A stretch of 64,000 nucleotides of DNA, taken from assembly GCA_051532035.1 (NCBI GenBank), contig JAOPTW010000011.1, positions 1 through 64,000 on the forward strand, read 5' to 3'. The notes beneath the pieces were generated by a model, which searched no databases, was not told the DNA's origin, and saw only the letters and a list, made by a program, of their open reading frames with translations. This stretch comes from Fibrobacterales bacterium (GTDB lineage Bacteria; Fibrobacterota; Fibrobacteria; Fibrobacterales; JAOPTW01). This document shows positions 59,737 through 64,000 of this stretch, piece by piece (within the stretch, counting starts at the first letter, position 1; every line of letters starts with the position of its first letter). Made by a program: the position numbers and the translations under genes.

Positions 59737-62700
59737 CTAATCATCACCCTTAAGAAGCGCCATAAGCTCACTCGCATTCAGTTTACCGGCCTTCGAGGTT
59801 CCCTCTAACAAACTATCCGCAAGATCCTTTTTCTCTTTGTGGAGTTCGAGGATCTTCTCTTCAATCGTCCCTTTGGCAACCATGCGATAGATGGTGACGG
59901 GGCGCTTCTGCCCAATACGATGGGCACGGTCTGAGGCTTGGTCTTCGACTGCTGGGTTCCACCAAGGGTCCATGTGAATCACATAGTCTGCCGCAGTGAG
60001 ATTGAGCCCTGAACCACCAGCTTTGAGACTGATAAGGAAAAGGTCGCCTTCGCCGCGCTGAAAGGCTTCTACTGCTTTTTTACGCTTTGCCTGGGGGACA
60101 GAGCCATCGAGGTATTGATAGGTAATCTTTTGTCGGTCGAGGTACTCTCTTATGAGGGCAAGGTGTGAGGTGAATTGAGAGAAGACCAATGTTTTATGAT
60201 TATTCTCTATCAACTCAGTTACTATGTCGCCAAAGAGATTGAGTTTGGAGCTCGGTATGGTGCTACTTGAATCAATAAGGCGTGGATGGCAACAGGCCTG
60301 ACGGAGCCGCATAATTTCTTTTAATATCTCAAGATGTTTTTGTCCTTTGGCTTTCGAAGGTTCTGCTGCGATGTTGTCGGTGAGGGCTTCTGCCTTTTGT
60401 CTCACTGCTTCATAGAGCGCCCGTTCATCGGGGTTCATCTCGACACTGAGGGTAATCTCTGTTTTTTCGGGGAGTTCGGTCAGGACCGCACTCTTGAGTC
60501 GACGGAGTATAAAGGGTGATACAATCTTTTTGAGTGAGACACGCTTCTTATGGCTCTGTTCAATGGCTATTGGTACACCAAATCGATTACTAAACTGCTC
60601 TTGACTGCCAAGAAGCCCAGGGTTTATAAGGTCGAAGAGGTTCCAGAGTTCACCGATATGGTTCTCAATGGGGGTACCGGTCGTTATGACCTTATGGGCG
60701 GCAGGGATAGACTTGGCTGCTTTTGAGCGTTTGGTGTTACTATTTTTAAGTGCTTGGGCCTCATCGTAAATAACGGTATTCCAACTCACTTCTTTGAGCC
60801 GTTTGATCTCGTTATTGAGGAGGCCGTAGGTACAGATGATGAGGTCGTACGGTTTGGCTTCAGAAATGATGGTTGCTCGATGCCCTTCACTCAGGATTAC
60901 GGGATTTAGAGTAGGGGCAAAGCGCCGGCACTCTTGTTCCCAGTTAAAGCAGACTGACACGGGTGCCAAAATCAGTGATGGACCTTTCTCGGCGACCGAT
61001 ACTAACAGTGCGAGTGCTTGGACTGTTTTACCGAGACCCATGTCATCGGCAAGGCAGGCACCAACACCCCATTCGTAGAGGGTAGAGAGCCAGTCAAAGC
61101 CTTCACGTTGGTAGTCACGGAGTTCTGCCTGAAAGGTAGAGGGGAGCACGGGTACAAAATCGTTAAGGGTTTCCATCTTTTCAATTTGCTTTTTCCAGCC
61201 AGCATTTCGGGTAGCATTGCCCGACTCTTCGAGGAGTTCCTCGACTTGAGGAAGCAGTAGGCTATTTACTTGGAGGAGGTCATCTTTTACGGTACCGAGG
61301 TCATTGAGTGCCTGAAGGTGGTTGTGGAGCTCATCAGTTATAGCAAGGTATTTGTCATTGTCGAGTTGAATAAACCCCTTGGTGGGGCTTCTGTCGAGTC
61401 GCTCAAGCAGCTCGCTCATGGCAAAGACTGTATCGGAATCTACTTTGATTTGCCCTTCAATGGTAAACCACTCTTTCTCTTTCTTTGCTTTGAGTTTCAT
61501 GCCTGAATAATCAACAACCGAAGAGAGCGTTACTGCTTTTTTGTCGGGCCACTCAACAGTTATGCTGTCTTGCAGAGGGAAGAGCTCTCTGAGTACGCTG
61601 AGGCACTCTTCAAGGTCTGTAATAGTACCTGTCTGTTGGAGCACTGCATGATTAAAGGTAGGTGCACTGTTGAGTATGTGATTGTATTCGCTTGCTTCAG
61701 TGCTCAGAGAGCGTGTGGTTACATGGGGCTTTTTGTCTATGGTGGCAAAGACTGTTTCGGCACCTTCACCAGGAGGGTACGAGGTCCCTTGGTCGCCAAA
61801 GGGCCTTACCAGTATCTCGATGGACCACCCTTCTTCTTGCTCAGTAAATCGGCAGATGAGCCCACTTTGTGGGTCAATAGGTGTTGCTTCTATCTGTTGA
61901 CCACCAATGCTACTGCCACTCTCTGAGTGTATGGTTATGGTATTGGCTACGCCATTGAGTACTTCGTAGAGTTGCTTTTCGGCAGAGAGGGGGATTTCAG
62001 TATTACTATTTTTAAAGGCCGCCGCTATCGCTTGTAGTTTGGTAGATATCTCTATGACGCCAAATCTATTTCTGCCGGTCTCAATGAGCTGTGTTGTTGC
62101 ATGGCCCATGGGTATATTAAATGAGAGCCCATACCCGGTTTCTGATTTTCTTAAGGTGAGTTCTGGCTCTGCCTTGTGGAGTTCAATAAATACGTCACGG
62201 TCTACATGATATATGTAGGGATGTCCCATCAGGGCAATGAGTGCTTTGGAAGTGTTGAGTTCATAATCTTTACCCGAACCCCAGTAGCCTCTATGTGAAC
62301 TCTCGGTAATACAGCGGCCCGCATCTTTATCTTGCTGAAGCATGTTGGGCACTTTATGCTCTTTCAATCTCTTGAGCGCAACAGCACGCCCTTTAGTCCA
62401 TCCTCCGGATTTAGTTCGTTTTTGCTCGGTTGGTACCAGATCTATTTCTTGATGGTTGTATATAGTAGACGGCGGGAGGAGCTTCCAGATAATCCTACTT
62501 TCTGGTTCATCAGATTCGAGCTCCTCAGGTTTGCCTGCTGGTGCCAAAAGTGATAACGTAGAGAGTACCTTCTCCCAGTCTTGCTGTACAACGTAGAGTC
62601 CTTTAAGTGAGCGCATATCGGGAAAACGTTTTTTGAGTCGTTTAATTTCTGCCCCATCATACTGCTTGGGGTAGAGGTCGGCAAGGTGTAATCCCAAAAG

Positions 62701-63912
62701 AGGAGCGCCATTGTCTAAATAGTCTTGCGCTAGGTGACGAGTAAAATTGGGAAGGATCGATTGTTTGTCTGATCCTTTGTAAAACCAATACCAGGTAAGG
62801 CTATTAAAGAGCCCCGACCACATGCAGGTATTGTCTATTCGAGCGATAAAGTGTTTGGGAAAGGTCTCTTTAAGCCCTCTCACTAAATGGGCAAACCACA
62901 AGCGATGCTCAAAGAAGTCATCGATATTTTCGCTCTTCTTATGATACTGCTCTGCATTAAGAGGATCGGTGATCGTTTTCAGAAACAAATAGATAATAGT
63001 GAAAGGAGTATTGGGTATTTTACTTCGTTTCTTAGTATTCTTTCGCCATGCGATAATGGTATCATCATAGAGGGCTATGGCTTTTGGGGCATCGGCATGA
63101 ATCAATGCTTGCATGGTAAAAGGGTAGAGTGTCGATCCTGTTTGGGTGTCGTGTAAGCGTAACAAGCGTTCCGCATTTTTAAGATCGCCATTGAGAAAGA
63201 GAGACAGTCCGAGCCCGGGAAGAAGATCTTGGTCTTCTTCAATCAGATGTTGTATTGGGTCGAATAACTCAGAATTAAGCAGCTTGGGCGAAAGATCGTT
63301 GAACAAATTTGCATAGTTTGTGTATCGAATTCTATAGAGGCTTAATAATAATCGATTGTGACGCGATTGTATGAATGGTTCAGTCAGGTGTTCGATGATA
63401 GTGTTCATCATATTTGAAAACTGAATATAGAGTGGGGGTGTTGCGAACTTTAGGGAGCTTACGAAGTCATCAGCATGATTGACGTAGAAGAGTATTCTTA
63501 AAAAGTAGTTGTTAAAAATGCCATTTGAAATTCCTGCAGAGTAGAGATAGTCAATACACCACGCATTTTGATGGCTTAAGCAACACTCAATCAGCGCCTT
63601 GTGGTACGAGTGCTGGGTAATATCTTCCATTAACGCATTTTTTGCACCGTCGGTCAGAGTCAATTGCGCACTAGAAACACCGTCAATCAGTTCAGGAAAG
63701 TCCGAGAGTCGTATAATGCACTCTTTAATAGTTTTGAGGGTAATTGTTCCCCACATATCCATATAGATTAAGCGAATATTCGCTATTTTCATGGATGGCA
63801 CGCCACAGATTGCCGCAATTTGAAAGATTCGGAGGTCATCCTCACTCATCTCGTATGAGGTGAGATTTATTAAGGGGTATTTGTGGTGCTTATTGAGAGA
63901 GTTTTCTGACAC
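59737..63912 (-). CDS. SNF2-family helicase/ATPase
   Basis: LRDYQREG, LADDMGLGKT, DEAQ, TGTPIENH, LVFSQF, SLKAGGSGLNL, DPWWNP..EDQASDRAHRIGQ. Confidence 0.95.
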   Translation of the reverse strand: MSENSLNKHHKYPLINLTSYEMSEDDLRIFQIAAICGVPSMKIANIRLIYMDMWGTITLKTIKECIIRLSDFPELIDGVSSAQLTLTDGAKNALMEDITQHSYHKALIECCLSHQNAWCIDYLYSAGISNGIFNNYFLRILFYVNHADDFVSSLKFATPPLYIQFSNMMNTIIEHLTEPFIQSRHNRLLLSLYRIRYTNYANLFNDLSPKLLNSELFDPIQHLIEEDQDLLPGLGLSLFLNGDLKNAERLLRLHDTQTGSTLYPFTMQALIHADAPKAIALYDDTIIAWRKNTKKRSKIPNTPFTIIYLFLKTITDPLNAEQYHKKSENIDDFFEHRLWFAHLVRGLKETFPKHFIARIDNTCMWSGLFNSLTWYWFYKGSDKQSILPNFTRHLAQDYLDNGAPLLGLHLADLYPKQYDGAEIKRLKKRFPDMRSLKGLYVVQQDWEKVLSTLSLLAPAGKPEELESDEPESRIIWKLLPPSTIYNHQEIDLVPTEQKRTKSGGWTKGRAVALKRLKEHKVPNMLQQDKDAGRCITESSHRGYWGSGKDYELNTSKALIALMGHPYIYHVDRDVFIELHKAEPELTLRKSETGYGLSFNIPMGHATTQLIETGRNRFGVIEISTKLQAIAAAFKNSNTEIPLSAEKQLYEVLNGVANTITIHSESGSSIGGQQIEATPIDPQSGLICRFTEQEEGWSIEILVRPFGDQGTSYPPGEGAETVFATIDKKPHVTTRSLSTEASEYNHILNSAPTFNHAVLQQTGTITDLEECLSVLRELFPLQDSITVEWPDKKAVTLSSVVDYSGMKLKAKKEKEWFTIEGQIKVDSDTVFAMSELLERLDRSPTKGFIQLDNDKYLAITDELHNHLQALNDLGTVKDDLLQVNSLLLPQVEELLEESGNATRNAGWKKQIEKMETLNDFVPVLPSTFQAELRDYQREGFDWLSTLYEWGVGACLADDMGLGKTVQALALLVSVAEKGPSLILAPVSVCFNWEQECRRFAPTLNPVILSEGHRATIISEAKPYDLIICTYGLLNNEIKRLKEVSWNTVIYDEAQALKNSNTKRSKAAKSIPAAHKVITTGTPIENHIGELWNLFDLINPGLLGSQEQFSNRFGVPIAIEQSHKKRVSLKKIVSPFILRRLKSAVLTELPEKTEITLSVEMNPDERALYEAVRQKAEALTDNIAAEPSKAKGQKHLEILKEIMRLRQACCHPRLIDSSSTIPSSKLNLFGDIVTELIENNHKTLVFSQFTSHLALIREYLDRQKITYQYLDGSVPQAKRKKAVEAFQRGEGDLFLISLKAGGSGLNLTAADYVIHMDPWWNPAVEDQASDRAHRIGQKRPVTIYRMVAKGTIEEKILELHKEKKDLADSLLEGTSKAGKLNASELMALLKGDD

Positions 63913-64000
63913 GTGTTGCCTGATTTCGTGGGAGAGAGCGTTATGCTAAAGATAGTTAATATTTACGGGTATTCTAGAGAACAATTTGCCCTTGGTAGGG

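Noticed and set aside
59737..63912. SNF2 helicase as part of an anti-phage system
   Set aside because: No methylase, nuclease or other defence partners are adjacent within the window; it looks like a stand-alone bacterial SNF2.

Overview
A 64-kb, gene-dense bacterial chromosomal segment. It is probably from Fibrobacterota, inferred from a TIGR02147-family gene next to a FISUMP-domain protein, many lipoproteins with Ser-rich linkers and recurrent TAnnTTTG promoter-like motifs. It carries housekeeping and stress genes (RND and MFS transporters, DbpA- and RhlE-like helicases, cold-shock protein, ArfB, dGTPase, HI0933 flavoprotein, SNF2 helicase). It also carries many secreted or lipoprotein genes (GH6, DUF1080+ThuA, a metallophosphoesterase, a 2038-aa repeat protein with five 249-bp tandem repeats). 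The standout is a tightly coupled 12-gene minus-strand operon (42295-55482) that looks like an uncharacterised biosynthetic cluster. In order it encodes a PLP aminotransferase, a bacterial GRAS-domain protein, a Cys-nucleophile alpha/beta hydrolase, two adenylate-forming enzymes, a carrier protein, a nucleoside phosphorylase, a divergent MtnA isomerase, a B12-dependent radical SAM enzyme, a MtnA-like half protein, a class II aldolase-SCP2 fusion and an aldehyde dehydrogenase. I saw no rRNA, tRNA, CRISPR array or transposase. All family calls come from reading motifs by eye, not from database searches.
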